Positions 16,341 to 29,246 of a stretch of 64,000 nt of DNA are shown in pieces. Position numbers and translations under genes: made by a program. The notes below the pieces were generated by a model. That model was not told where the DNA came from. It did no database searches and saw only the letters and a list, made by a program, of their open reading frames with translations. Source of the DNA: Escherichia coli (GTDB lineage Bacteria > Pseudomonadota > Gammaproteobacteria > Enterobacterales > Enterobacteriaceae); assembly GCF_001677475.2 (NCBI RefSeq), contig NZ_CP015229.1. One strand, 5' to 3'. How positions within the stretch are numbered: the stretch's first letter is position 1; each line of letters starts with the position of its first letter.

Positions 16341-16949
16341 TTACCAGGAAAACAGCGGCCATTCTTTGGCGACCGTGGTGAGTTGTGGCGCGTCGAAAAC
16401 GGCTTGTGGTGAAACTACCGTTTCCTCAAGCGGAATATTTTTGCCGTAGCGTTCTTTGAGCTTTGCCTGAACTAGCGGGTTACTCAGATCGAACTCTTTC
16501 AGCTTCTGCTGTTTGCCCACACGCATTCCCAGCGCATTCTGGTAAACCTTCCACACCACTTCCGAACAGTACTGGTGATCGTCGCTCCACGAGAAGCTGG
16601 AGTCATACGGTTTACCGAGATAACGTTTTGCCGTTTGCGCCAGTTTTTGCTGTTGTTCAACACTCAGTCCGCCTTCAACGCGGCGAACAACGTATTTGCC
16701 CTTTTCACCATGCGCGATCCACTGCTTGAGTGGGGTGTATTTTACCGGGCCGACCGCTTCAAAAACGTAGGGCTTTTTGTTGCGTATCACCAGCATACCG
16801 GTGTGGCTGTAATCGGAATGGGTCGCCAGTTGGATCGCTTTACTTTGCGATGAGCGAGAGATCTGAAAGATGATGTCGCCGGTTTGTGGTTGCCAGGCAA
16901 ATGCAGGCACAGAAACCAGCAGGCTGAGGATCAGTAGCCTGATTTTCAT
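16341..16949 (-). CDS. yiiX: Putative lipid-binding hydrolase / peptidoglycan peptidase YiiX (202 aa), secreted
   Basis: ORF 202 aa with signal peptide MKIRLLILSLLVSVPAFA; K-12 synteny. Confidence 0.85.
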   Translation of the reverse strand: MKIRLLILSLLVSVPAFAWQPQTGDIIFQISRSSQSKAIQLATHSDYSHTGMLVIRNKKPYVFEAVGPVKYTPLKQWIAHGEKGKYVVRRVEGGLSVEQQQKLAQTAKRYLGKPYDSSFSWSDDHQYCSEVVWKVYQNALGMRVGKQQKLKEFDLSNPLVQAKLKERYGKNIPLEETVVSPQAVFDAPQLTTVAKEWPLFSW

Positions 16950-17008
16950 CGTTAAACGTCCATGTATGAAAAAAGCGGCTGGTTAACTCCGCGCCGCTCT
17001 TTTCCGCT

Positions 17009-17326
17009 TTAGTATTCCCACGTCTCCGGGTTAATCCCCATCTCACGCATGATCTCTTTTGCCGCCTCCGGGATTTCGTCGCTGCGCTCTTTACGCAGGT
17101 CGGCATCATCCGGCAAAGGTTGCCCGGTAAAGGCATGCAGAAACGCTTCGCACAGCAGCTCGCTGTTGGTAGCGTGACGCAGGTTGTTCACCTGACGACG
17201 CGTGCGTTCATCGGTGAGGATTTTTAACACCTTAAGAGGAATGGAAACCGTAATCTTTTTGACTTGTTCACTCTTCTTGCCGTGCTCAGCGTATGGGCTG
17301 ATATATTCGCCGCTCCATTCAGCCAT
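17009..17326 (-). CDS. metJ: Methionine repressor MetJ (105 aa)
   Basis: [37 protein letters not shown]...; canonical start at codon 16 of the ORF-track frame. Confidence 0.95.
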
Positions 17327-17514
17327 GAGATACTTAATCCTCTTCGTCAATAAATTGAGACCAGACCACACAATTTATGTGGGTACTGACCGTAAACCCG
17401 CATAGTTTACCGTACAGGCGTTACCGTGACATCGTGTAATGCACCTGTCGGCGTGATAATGCATATAATTTTAACGGCTATTTGAGATTTGCTCAATCTA
17501 TACGCAAAGAAGTT

Positions 17515-17543
17515 TAGATGTCCAGGTGTATTGACGTCCATTA
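17515..17543. promoter_or_regulatory. Tandem MetJ boxes in metJ-metB divergent control region
   Basis: agatgtcc / aggtgtat / tgacgtcc tandem 8-mers resembling AGACGTCT met-box consensus upstream of metB. Confidence 0.55.
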
Positions 17544-17602
17544 ACACAATGTTTACTCTGGTGCCTGACATTTCACCGACCAAGCCCAGGGAACTTCATC
17601 AC

Positions 17603-18763
17603 ATGACGCGTAAACAGGCCACCATCGCAGTGCGTAGCGGGTTAAATGACGACGAACAGTATGGTTGCGTTGTCCCGCCTATTCATCTTTCCAGCACCTA
17701 TAACTTTACCGGATTTAATGAACCACGCGCGCATGATTACTCGCGTCGCGGCAACCCAACGCGCGATGTGGTTCAGCGTGCGCTGGCAGAACTGGAAGGC
17801 GGTGCAGGTGCGGTGCTAACCAATACCGGCATGTCAGCTATTCACCTGGTCACGACTGTCTTTTTGAAACCCGGCGATCTGCTGGTTGCGCCGCACGACT
17901 GCTACGGCGGCAGCTATCGCCTGTTCGACAGCCTGGCGAAACGCGGTTGCTATCGCGTGTTGTTTGTTGATCAGGGCGATGAGCAGGCATTACGGGCGGC
18001 ACTGGCAGAAAAACCTAAACTGGTGCTGGTAGAAAGCCCAAGTAATCCATTGTTACGCGTCGTGGATATTGCGAAAATCTGCCATCTGGCAAGGGAAGTC
18101 GGGGCGGTGAGCGTGGTGGATAACACCTTCTTAAGCCCGGCATTACAAAATCCACTGGCATTAGGTGCCGATCTGGTGTTGCATTCATGTACGAAATATC
18201 TGAACGGTCACTCAGACGTGGTGGCGGGCGTGGTGATTGCTAAAGATCCAGATGTTGTCACCGAACTGGCCTGGTGGGCAAACAATATTGGCGTAACGGG
18301 CGGCGCGTTTGACAGCTATCTGCTGCTACGTGGGTTGCGAACGCTGGTGCCGCGTATGGAGCTGGCGCAGCGCAACGCGCAGGCGATTGTGAAATATCTG
18401 CAAACCCAGCCGTTGGTGAAAAAACTTTATCACCCATCGCTGCCGGAAAATCAGGGGCATGAAATTGCCGTGCGCCAGCAAAAAGGCTTTGGCGCAATGT
18501 TGAGTTTTGAGCTGGATGGCGATGAGCAAACGCTGCGTCGTTTCCTGGGAGGGCTGTCGTTGTTTACGCTGGCGGAATCGTTAGGGGGAGTGGAAAGTTT
18601 AATCTCTCACGCCGCAACCATGACACATGCAGGCATGGCGCCAGAAGCGCGTGCTGCCGCCGGGATCTCCGAGACGCTGTTGCGTATCTCCACCGGTATA
18701 GAAGATGGCGAAGATTTAATTGCCGACCTGGAAAATGGCTTCCGGGCTGCAAACAAGGGGTAA
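17603..18763 (+). CDS. metB: Cystathionine gamma-synthase (386 aa)
   Basis: MTRKQATIAVRSGLNDDEQYGCVVPPIHLSSTY; ATG at 17603; PLP-dependent fold. Confidence 0.95.
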   Translation: MTRKQATIAVRSGLNDDEQYGCVVPPIHLSSTYNFTGFNEPRAHDYSRRGNPTRDVVQRALAELEGGAGAVLTNTGMSAIHLVTTVFLKPGDLLVAPHDCYGGSYRLFDSLAKRGCYRVLFVDQGDEQALRAALAEKPKLVLVESPSNPLLRVVDIAKICHLAREVGAVSVVDNTFLSPALQNPLALGADLVLHSCTKYLNGHSDVVAGVVIAKDPDVVTELAWWANNIGVTGGAFDSYLLLRGLRTLVPRMELAQRNAQAIVKYLQTQPLVKKLYHPSLPENQGHEIAVRQQKGFGAMLSFELDGDEQTLRRFLGGLSLFTLAESLGGVESLISHAATMTHAGMAPEARAAAGISETLLRISTGIEDGEDLIADLENGFRAANKG

Positions 18764-18765
18764 AA

Positions 18766-21198
18766 ATGAGTGTGATTGCGCAGGCAGGGGCGAAAGGTCG
18801 TCAACTGCATAAATTTGGTGGCAGTAGTCTGGCTGATGTGAAGTGTTATTTGCGTGTCGCGGGCATTATGGCGGAGTACTCTCAGCCCGACGATATGATG
18901 GTGGTTTCCGCCGCCGGTAGCACCACTAACCAGTTGATTAACTGGTTGAAACTAAGCCAGACCGATCGTCTCTCTGCGCATCAGGTTCAACAAACGCTAC
19001 GTCGTTATCAATGCGATCTGATTAGCGGCCTGTTACCCGCTGAAGAAGCCGATAGCCTTATTAGCGCCTTTGTCAGCGATCTTGAACGCCTGGCGGCGCT
19101 ACTCGACAGCGGTATTAACGACGCGGTGTATGCGGAAGTGGTGGGCCACGGTGAAGTGTGGTCGGCGCGCCTGATGTCTGCGGTGCTTAACCAACAAGGG
19201 CTGTCAGCGGCCTGGCTTGATGCCCGCGAGTTTTTACGCGCTGAACGCGCTGCGCAACCGCAGGTTGATGAAGGGCTTTCTTACCCGTTGCTGCAACAGC
19301 TACTGGTACAACATCCGGGCAAACGTCTGGTGGTGACCGGGTTTATCAGCCGTAACAACGCCGGTGAAACGGTGCTGCTGGGGCGTAACGGTTCCGACTA
19401 TTCCGCGACACAAATCGGTGCGCTGGCGGGTGTTTCTCGTGTAACCATCTGGAGCGACGTCGCCGGGGTATACAGTGCCGACCCGCGTAAAGTGAAAGAT
19501 GCCTGTCTGCTGCCATTGCTGCGTCTGGATGAGGCCAGCGAACTGGCGCGTCTGGCGGCTCCCGTTCTTCACGCCCGTACTTTACAGCCGGTTTCTGGCA
19601 GCGAAATTGACCTGCAGCTGCGCTGTAGCTACACGCCGGATCAAGGTTCCACGCGCATTGAACGCGTGCTGGCCTCCGGTACTGGTGCGCGTATTGTCAC
19701 CAGCCACGATGATGTCTGTTTGATTGAGTTCCAGGTGCCCGCCAGTCAGGATTTCAAACTGGCGCATAAAGAGATCGACCAAATCCTGAAACGTGCCCAG
19801 GTGCGTCCACTGGCGGTTGGCGTGCATAACGATCGCCAGTTGCTGCAATTTTGCTACACCTCCGAAGTGGCCGACAGTGCGCTGAAAATCCTCGACGAAG
19901 CTGGATTACCTGGCGAACTGCGCCTGCGTCAGGGGCTGGCGCTGGTGGCGATGGTTGGGGCGGGCGTAACCCGTAACCCGCTGCATTGCCACCGCTTCTG
20001 GCAGCAACTGAAAGGCCAGCCGGTCGAATTTACCTGGCAGTCGGATGACGGCATCAGCCTGGTGGCAGTACTGCGCACCGGACCGACCGAAAGCCTGATT
20101 CAGGGGCTGCATCAGTCCGTCTTCCGCGCAGAAAAACGCATCGGCCTGGTATTGTTCGGCAAGGGCAATATCGGTTCCCGCTGGCTGGAACTGTTCGCCC
20201 GTGAGCAGAGCACGCTCTCGGCGCGTACCGGCTTTGAATTTGTGCTGGCAGGCGTGGTGGACAGCCGCCGCAGCCTGTTGAGCTATGACGGGCTGGACGC
20301 CAGCCGCGCGTTAGCCTTCTTCAACGATGAAGCGGTCGAGCAGGATGAAGAGTCGCTGTTCCTGTGGATGCGCGCCCATCCGTATGATGATTTAGTGGTG
20401 TTGGACGTTACCGCCAGCCAGCAGCTTGCTGATCAGTATCTCGATTTTGCCAGCCACGGTTTCCACGTCATCAGCGCCAACAAACTAGCAGGAGCCAGCG
20501 ACAGCAATAAATATCGCCAGATCCACGACGCCTTCGAAAAAACCGGGCGTCACTGGCTGTACAACGCCACCGTCGGTGTGGGCTTGCCGATCAACCATAC
20601 CGTGCGCGATCTGATCGACAGCGGCGATACTATTTTGTCGATCAGTGGGATCTTCTCCGGCACGCTCTCCTGGCTGTTCCTGCAATTCGACGGTAGCGTG
20701 CCGTTTACCGAGCTGGTGGATCAGGCGTGGCAGCAGGGCTTAACCGAGCCTGATCCGCGTGATGACCTTTCCGGCAAAGACGTGATGCGCAAGCTGGTGA
20801 TTCTGGCGCGTGAAGCGGGTTACGACATCGAACCAGATCAGGTGCGCGTGGAATCGCTGGTGCCTGCCCATTGCGAAGGCGGTAGCATCGACCATTTCTT
20901 TGAAAACGGCGATGAACTCAACGAGCAGATGTTGCAACGGCTGGAAGCGGCCCGCGAAATGGGGCTGGTGCTGCGCTACGTGGCGCGTTTCGATGCCAAT
21001 GGCAAAGCGCGTGTGGGCGTGGAAGCGGTGCGTGAAGACCATCCGCTGGCATCACTGCTGCCGTGCGATAACGTCTTTGCCATCGAAAGCCGCTGGTATC
21101 GCGATAACCCGCTGGTGATCCGTGGGCCAGGCGCAGGGCGGGATGTCACCGCCGGGGCGATTCAGTCGGATATTAATCGTCTGGCGCAGTTGTTGTAA
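18766..21198 (+). CDS. metL: Bifunctional aspartokinase II / homoserine dehydrogenase II (810 aa)
   Basis: ORF 810 aa starting 3 nt after metB stop; recognised as MetL. Confidence 0.95.
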   Translation: MSVIAQAGAKGRQLHKFGGSSLADVKCYLRVAGIMAEYSQPDDMMVVSAAGSTTNQLINWLKLSQTDRLSAHQVQQTLRRYQCDLISGLLPAEEADSLISAFVSDLERLAALLDSGINDAVYAEVVGHGEVWSARLMSAVLNQQGLSAAWLDAREFLRAERAAQPQVDEGLSYPLLQQLLVQHPGKRLVVTGFISRNNAGETVLLGRNGSDYSATQIGALAGVSRVTIWSDVAGVYSADPRKVKDACLLPLLRLDEASELARLAAPVLHARTLQPVSGSEIDLQLRCSYTPDQGSTRIERVLASGTGARIVTSHDDVCLIEFQVPASQDFKLAHKEIDQILKRAQVRPLAVGVHNDRQLLQFCYTSEVADSALKILDEAGLPGELRLRQGLALVAMVGAGVTRNPLHCHRFWQQLKGQPVEFTWQSDDGISLVAVLRTGPTESLIQGLHQSVFRAEKRIGLVLFGKGNIGSRWLELFAREQSTLSARTGFEFVLAGVVDSRRSLLSYDGLDASRALAFFNDEAVEQDEESLFLWMRAHPYDDLVVLDVTASQQLADQYLDFASHGFHVISANKLAGASDSNKYRQIHDAFEKTGRHWLYNATVGVGLPINHTVRDLIDSGDTILSISGIFSGTLSWLFLQFDGSVPFTELVDQAWQQGLTEPDPRDDLSGKDVMRKLVILAREAGYDIEPDQVRVESLVPAHCEGGSIDHFFENGDELNEQMLQRLEAAREMGLVLRYVARFDANGKARVGVEAVREDHPLASLLPCDNVFAIESRWYRDNPLVIRGPGAGRDVTAGAIQSDINRLAQLL

Positions 21199-21284
21199 GT
21201 TCAGGAGCCCAATTAGGCATGATGCACATGCTTGTTGGGCTTATGGCCTTTAACACAATTTACCTAATTATCATTGAGTTGTAA

Positions 21285-21314
21285 GCCGGATAAGGTGTTC
21301 ACGCTGCATCCGGC
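21285..21314. repeat. REP element downstream of metL
   Basis: gccggataaggtgttcacgctgcatccggc matches REP consensus in inverted orientation. Confidence 0.6.
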
Positions 21315-21443
21315 AAGAAACAATAAATCCGTCTGCCAGGTTTCTTGTAATTCCCATCCTGAATCTTTTTCATCTTCCCTGATTTTTCCTCACCATCATT
21401 GGTCATTTTTCGGTTGACGCCCTTTAGCTTTTCCTTCATCTTT

Positions 21444-21480
21444 ACATCTGGACGTCTAAATGGATAGATGTTCACAACAC
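21444..21480 (+). promoter_or_regulatory. metF operator with MetJ boxes
   Basis: acatctggacgtctaaatggatagatg contains GGACGTCT-type met boxes just upstream of metF. Confidence 0.6.
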
Positions 21481-21511
21481 AACATATAACTACAAGCGAT
21501 TGATGAGGTAA

Positions 21512-22405
<894 letters not shown>

Positions 22406-22679
22406 GTATTGTGGCTCTTGTAAAAATCACACAGTGATCACAAATTTTAAACAGAGCACAAAATGCTGCCTCGAAATGAGGGCGGGAAAATAAGGTTATC
22501 AACCTTGTTTTCTCCCTCATTACTTGAAGGGTACCAAGCTAAAACCTTTTTTTATAAAGCACTTGTCCGAAATCGGACATAATCAAAAAGGCTTAATTAC
22601 GATCAATTTGATCTACATCTCTTTAACCAACAATATGTAAGATCTCAACTATCGCATCCGTGGATTAATTCAATTATAA

Positions 22680-24914
<2,235 letters not shown>

Positions 24915-25007
24915 TCTGACCTTCTTCAGCGACTGCCTTTCATGCAGTCGCTGAAGTTTCTTTACCGGCGTATAGTGTCCACAGGAAAACTACACACTGG
25001 ATCTCAC

Positions 25008-25446
25008 ATGTCTGCCGCAGGAAAGAGCAACCCACTGGCAATCAGTGGCCTGGTTGTGCTCACACTTATCTGGAGTTATAGCTGGATTTTCATGAAGCAA
25101 GTCACCAGCTACATCGGTGCCTTCGACTTCACCGCCTTACGCTGCATTTTCGGCGCTCTCGTTTTATTCATCGTCCTTTTATTACGTGGTCGCGGAATGC
25201 GCCCGACGCCGTTTAAATACACCTTAGCCATCGCCCTGTTACAAACCTGTGGGATGGTTGGCCTGGCGCAGTGGGCGCTGGTCAGCGGCGGAGCGGGGAA
25301 GGTGGCGATCCTGAGCTATACCATGCCGTTCTGGGTGGTGATTTTCGCCGCGTTGTTTCTCGGTGAACGCCTGCGACGTGGGCAATATTTCGCGATAATG
25401 ATTGCCGCTTTCGGCTTATTTTTGGTGTTGCAGCCGTGGCAACTCG
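25008..25446 (+). pseudogene. yijE: yijE 5' fragment (codons 1-146 of a 301-aa EamA/DMT transporter), truncated by IS insertion
   Basis: [22 protein letters not shown]...LVLQPWQL then frame enters the IS and stops after 1 codon; 146 + 155 native codons = 301, the K-12 YijE length. Confidence 0.85.
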
Positions 25447-25539
25447 TATGAGACGACAATAACTCAGTCCGCCTGGCGCCGATTATTCTGGCCGGTTTTG
25501 TAACCTGAGTGTCATTTACATGATCCAACAGGAAATGGC

Positions 25540-27039
25540 GTGACGCTCAATACTTCTCAGGTCAGTTACTATATGACTCAGCGTAAGAAAGGTATAACTC
25601 AGCATATCTCGGCCATGAAGGCTGGTATCTCAGTCCGTTCTGGTCGTCGGATCGAAAAAGGAGAGTGGGCAAAAAACAGTGTTCGGCACTGGCGCACACG
25701 CAAAGATCCTCTGGAAGCTGTGTGGGACAGCATGCTTGTTCCTCTGTTGAAAGAGAGGCCGGCTCTGACACCAACAACTCTACTGGAGATGCTACAGGAT
25801 AAATATCCCGGCCAGTACCCCAACAGCCTTCGAAGAACAATGCAACGGCGGGTTCGCGAATGGAAACTACAGTATGGTACAGAGCAGGAGGTCATGTTCC
25901 GCCAGCAACATCAGCCCGGCCTGCGAGGCCTGTCGGACTTTACTGAACTGAAAGGTGTAGTTGTCACCATCGCCGGTAAGTTGTTGGCGCATAAGTTGTA
26001 TCACTTCCGTCTGGAATGGAGCCACTGGAGCTGGATGCGGGTTGTTCTGGGTGGTGAGAGCTTCTCTGCTCTGGCTGAAGGCCTGCAGGAAGCCCTCGGA
26101 CAACTGGGCGGAGTGCCGGTAGAACATAAAACGGACAGCCTGAGGGCAGCATGGAAACAACAGGGCGAAGATGGACGCCGCGAGCTGACTGAGCGTTATG
26201 CTACTCTCTGTCAGCACTACGGAATGCAGGGCGTACACAATAATGCCGGTCGGGGCCACGAAAATGGCTCGGTTGAAAGTGCCCACGGACATCTGAAAAG
26301 GCGTATCTGTCAGGCGCTGATACTGCGGGGCAGTAACGACTTCAGCACCATAGAAGAATATCAGGCCTTCATCACTCAGCAGGTTATGCGGCACAACCGT
26401 AACAATCAGGATCTGGTCAAGGAAGAACGTCTTCATCTGAAACCGCTGCCGCTTCGTCGCAGTGCTGACTATGATGAGCTGACTGTGAGGGTTAGTCGCA
26501 GCAGTACCATCAATGTGAAGCACGTCGTCTACAGCGTACCTTCCCGGCTTGTAGGTCAACTGTTACGGGTCAGGTTATGGGACGATCGTCTGAGCTGTTA
26601 CGTTGGCAGCAGCGAGGTCATGAGCTGCCCTCGCGTCAGACCAGAAAAAGGGAAGACGCGGGCCCGTCGTATCGACTTCCGACATGTGATCGACAGTCTG
26701 GCAAAAAAGCCCGGTGCGTTCTGCCATGCAACGCTGAGAAATGACATCCTGCCGGACGATGAATGGCGGAGGCTGTGGCGTCGCTTATGTAATCATCTGG
26801 AGCCCGATATGGCAGGAAGGCTGATGGTACATGCCCTGAAACTGGCTGCAGGATACGACGATATCTCAGTCGTGGCAAAAGGTATGGAGCAGATGCTGAA
26901 TACCCCGGGAAACGTGGATCTGCACCGGCTGATGCGCTTCCTGGGTATAAAAGAAAAGGCGTTGCCGGTAGTCAATGTGATACAGCATAACCTGAGCAGT
27001 TATGAGCAACTACTGCGTGGCAAGGGAGGTTCGCAGTGA
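25540..27039 (+). CDS. istA: IS21-family transposase IstA (up to 499 aa; start uncertain, GTG at 25540 or ATG at 25573)
   Basis: N-terminal HTH-like region, central DDE-type integrase-like region, C-terminal extension; followed by overlapping istB. Confidence 0.8.
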   Translation: MTLNTSQVSYYMTQRKKGITQHISAMKAGISVRSGRRIEKGEWAKNSVRHWRTRKDPLEAVWDSMLVPLLKERPALTPTTLLEMLQDKYPGQYPNSLRRTMQRRVREWKLQYGTEQEVMFRQQHQPGLRGLSDFTELKGVVVTIAGKLLAHKLYHFRLEWSHWSWMRVVLGGESFSALAEGLQEALGQLGGVPVEHKTDSLRAAWKQQGEDGRRELTERYATLCQHYGMQGVHNNAGRGHENGSVESAHGHLKRRICQALILRGSNDFSTIEEYQAFITQQVMRHNRNNQDLVKEERLHLKPLPLRRSADYDELTVRVSRSSTINVKHVVYSVPSRLVGQLLRVRLWDDRLSCYVGSSEVMSCPRVRPEKGKTRARRIDFRHVIDSLAKKPGAFCHATLRNDILPDDEWRRLWRRLCNHLEPDMAGRLMVHALKLAAGYDDISVVAKGMEQMLNTPGNVDLHRLMRFLGIKEKALPVVNVIQHNLSSYEQLLRGKGGSQ

Positions 27040-27791
27040 GCAATATCCATCACCTTGAACATAGCCTGCGTAAACTACGCCTGACACGAGTTGGAGCTGA
27101 ATGGCACGCTCTGGAAAAACGAGCGCTGGCAGAAGGCTGGACACCATCGCGCTATCTTCTGACGCTATGCAATGAAGAACTCCTGTGGCGCGAGAGTGAA
27201 AAACTGCGTCGTTATAAAAAGGAGGCCCGGTTGCCAGTTGCCAAAACGCTGAGCGAATACGACTTCAGTCAGGTGCCGGAACTGAATGGAGCTCAGTTCC
27301 GGCAACTCTGTGAAACGACAGACTGGGTTGATGCAGGAGAAAACGTTCTGCTGTTCGGAGCCAGCGGGTTGGGGAAAAGCCATCTGGCGGCAGCGATCGT
27401 GGATGGCGTAGTAGGTCAGGGCTACCGGGCCCGGTTCTACAGCGCAGGAGAGCTGTTGCAGGAACTACGTAAAGCCAGAGCTCAGTTGAAACTGAATGAG
27501 CTGCTACTGAAACTGGATCGCTACCGGGTGATAGTGGTGGATGATCTTGGCTATGTAAAACGCGATAGTGCCGAAACGGGTGTGCTGTTCGAGTTAATAG
27601 CGCATCGCTATGAACGTGGGAGCCTGGTGATAACCAGTAACCATCCGTTCAGCATGTGGGGCAGCATCTTCGTGGATGAGACTATGGCGGTGGCTGCGGC
27701 AGACAGGCTGATCCATCACGGATATATGTTCGAACTGAAAGGGGAAAGCTACAGGAAAAAGACAGCGAAGGCAGTAACAAGCGCGACTTGA
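27036..27791 (+). CDS. istB: IS21-family helper ATPase IstB (251 aa, GTG start overlapping istA stop)
   Basis: Walker A GASGLGKSH and Walker B VIVVDDLGY (AAA+/DnaC-like); GGAGG RBS at 27025-27029; GTG at 27036 overlaps TGA of istA. Confidence 0.85.
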   Translation: MSNIHHLEHSLRKLRLTRVGAEWHALEKRALAEGWTPSRYLLTLCNEELLWRESEKLRRYKKEARLPVAKTLSEYDFSQVPELNGAQFRQLCETTDWVDAGENVLLFGASGLGKSHLAAAIVDGVVGQGYRARFYSAGELLQELRKARAQLKLNELLLKLDRYRVIVVDDLGYVKRDSAETGVLFELIAHRYERGSLVITSNHPFSMWGSIFVDETMAVAAADRLIHHGYMFELKGESYRKKTAKAVTSAT

Positions 27792-27856
27792 TGTCGCCCT
27801 GAAGGGTGCGGCCAGTATAGTTGGCGCGAGTCGGCAAAACTAGTTGACGTCTAATA

Positions 27857-28329
27857 AACTCGATTTTTCTTCGATGAAAAGTGCCATGCTGGCAATCCTC
27901 TCCGGTGTTAGTTGGGGGGCGAGCGCGATTGTTGCTAAACGTCTGTATGCCCGTCATCCGCGCGTGGATTTATTGTCGTTAACATCCTGGCAGATGCTCT
28001 ATGCGGCGCTGGTGATGAGTGTGGTCGCTTTACTGGTGCCGCAACGTGAAATTGACTGGCAGCCCACCGTGTTCTGGGCGCTGGCCTACAGTGCGATTCT
28101 GGCGACGGCGCTGGCGTGGAGCTTATGGCTGTTTGTGCTGAAAAACTTGCCTGCCAGTATTGCCAGCTTAAGCACACTGGCCGTTCCCGTTTGCGGCGTA
28201 CTCTTTTCCTGGTGGCTGCTCGGTGAGAATCCGGGGGCCGTTGAAGGTAGCGGTATTGTGCTGATTGTGCTGGCACTGGCGCTGGTGAGCCGTAAGAAAA
28301 AAGAAGCCGTCAGTGTAAAAAGGATCTGA
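27857..28329 (+). pseudogene. yijE: yijE 3' fragment (codons 147-301), separated from the 5' fragment by the IS
   Basis: Frame [20 protein letters not shown]...[10 protein letters not shown] continues the EamA-domain transporter; first two codons derive from the target-site duplication. Confidence 0.85.
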
Positions 28330-28355
28330 ATTTTTTCTTCATGTGGGGCGATCTC

Positions 28356-28973
28356 TTATTTAACAAAATAACGATAATGCCCCACCATCCGCCAGCTAAA
28401 CAGCACATCTTCTTCCTGCGCGCCTGCGCCAATGTTATGTATCACCAGCGGCGTACCGTCGCGGGCGAAGCCATCTGACACCACCCCAATATGTGCCAGC
28501 CCGTTATCTAATCGCCAGGAGACAATATCGCCCGCTTGATAGTCACTGGGGTTCTTGCTGGTGGGGCGTGTTTTATCGTGGCGGGTAAACCAGGTTTCCA
28601 GATTAGGCACCCGACGGTGATCGATGTTGCTGTCCGGGCGCTTTAACTTCCACTTTTGCGGATAATCGGCAAAATTCTTCGCCATATCTTCGTGAACCAG
28701 TTTCTGCAAATCGACCTTCTGGCTGCGCAATGCACGGATCACCACATCGGAACATACACCGCGTTCTTGCGGGACATCACCGCCAGGATAGGTAAGCTGC
28801 ATATACGCCGGATCGTAAAATAGCGTGCTGCCGATTTGCTGTCTGGCACCGTCTGCGATGGCAAGGTTGGTATTGGCCTGGATTTGTACCACGGTTGGTG
28901 GAACGGCGGGAGATTTTAAGGAGTTGCTGGTAAATGCCGTTAGCAGGCTGAGCAGCGCCAGTGAAGCTTTCAT
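28356..28973 (-). CDS. yijF: DUF1287 secreted protein YijF (205 aa)
   Basis: ORF 205 aa with signal peptide MKASLALLSLLTAFTS; K-12 synteny. Confidence 0.85.
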   Translation of the reverse strand: MKASLALLSLLTAFTSNSLKSPAVPPTVVQIQANTNLAIADGARQQIGSTLFYDPAYMQLTYPGGDVPQERGVCSDVVIRALRSQKVDLQKLVHEDMAKNFADYPQKWKLKRPDSNIDHRRVPNLETWFTRHDKTRPTSKNPSDYQAGDIVSWRLDNGLAHIGVVSDGFARDGTPLVIHNIGAGAQEEDVLFSWRMVGHYRYFVK

Positions 28974-29098
28974 CTGGTTCGTCCGTGAAAATAAGAGTCA
29001 CAGATTCGACCTTCTGGGCTAACGATTGTTCTGTAGAGAAAATGTCCAGAAGCGGATAAAAAACTCCTGAACAACGTGGGAGTTTCAGATTACTGGCA

Positions 29099-29245
29099 CA
29101 GAGTGCCGGATGCGGCGTGAACGCCTTATCTGGCCTAAAAAGAAAGCAAATTCAATATATTGCAGAGATTGCGTAGGCCTGATAAGCGTAGCGCATCAGG
29201 CAATTTTGCGTTCAAACTCCCGGACAAGCCGGGAGTTTGGAGTAG
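29099..29245. repeat. BIME-like cluster of REP palindromes between yijF and gldA
   Basis: tgccggatgcggcgtgaacgccttatctggcc and gtaggcctgataagcgtagcgcatcaggc (REP consensus), plus hairpin aaactcccggacaagccgggagttt. Confidence 0.7.
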
Positions 29246-29246
29246 G

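Larger units (their letters stand above)
25447..27856 (+). mobile_element. IS21-family insertion sequence (~2410 bp) carrying istA and istB, inserted in yijE
   Basis: Two-gene IstA/IstB architecture with GTGA stop/start overlap; imperfect terminal inverted repeats (left TATGAGACGACAA...TCTGGCC vs right-end complement TATTAGACGTCAA...ACTGGC, about 31/46 identical); flanked by direct repeat AACTCG at 25441-25446 and 27857-27862. Confidence 0.8.

Noticed and set aside
25867-26559. 230-aa minus-strand ORF inside istA
   Set aside because: Antisense to the transposase gene with no independent support; IS21-family elements encode only istA and istB
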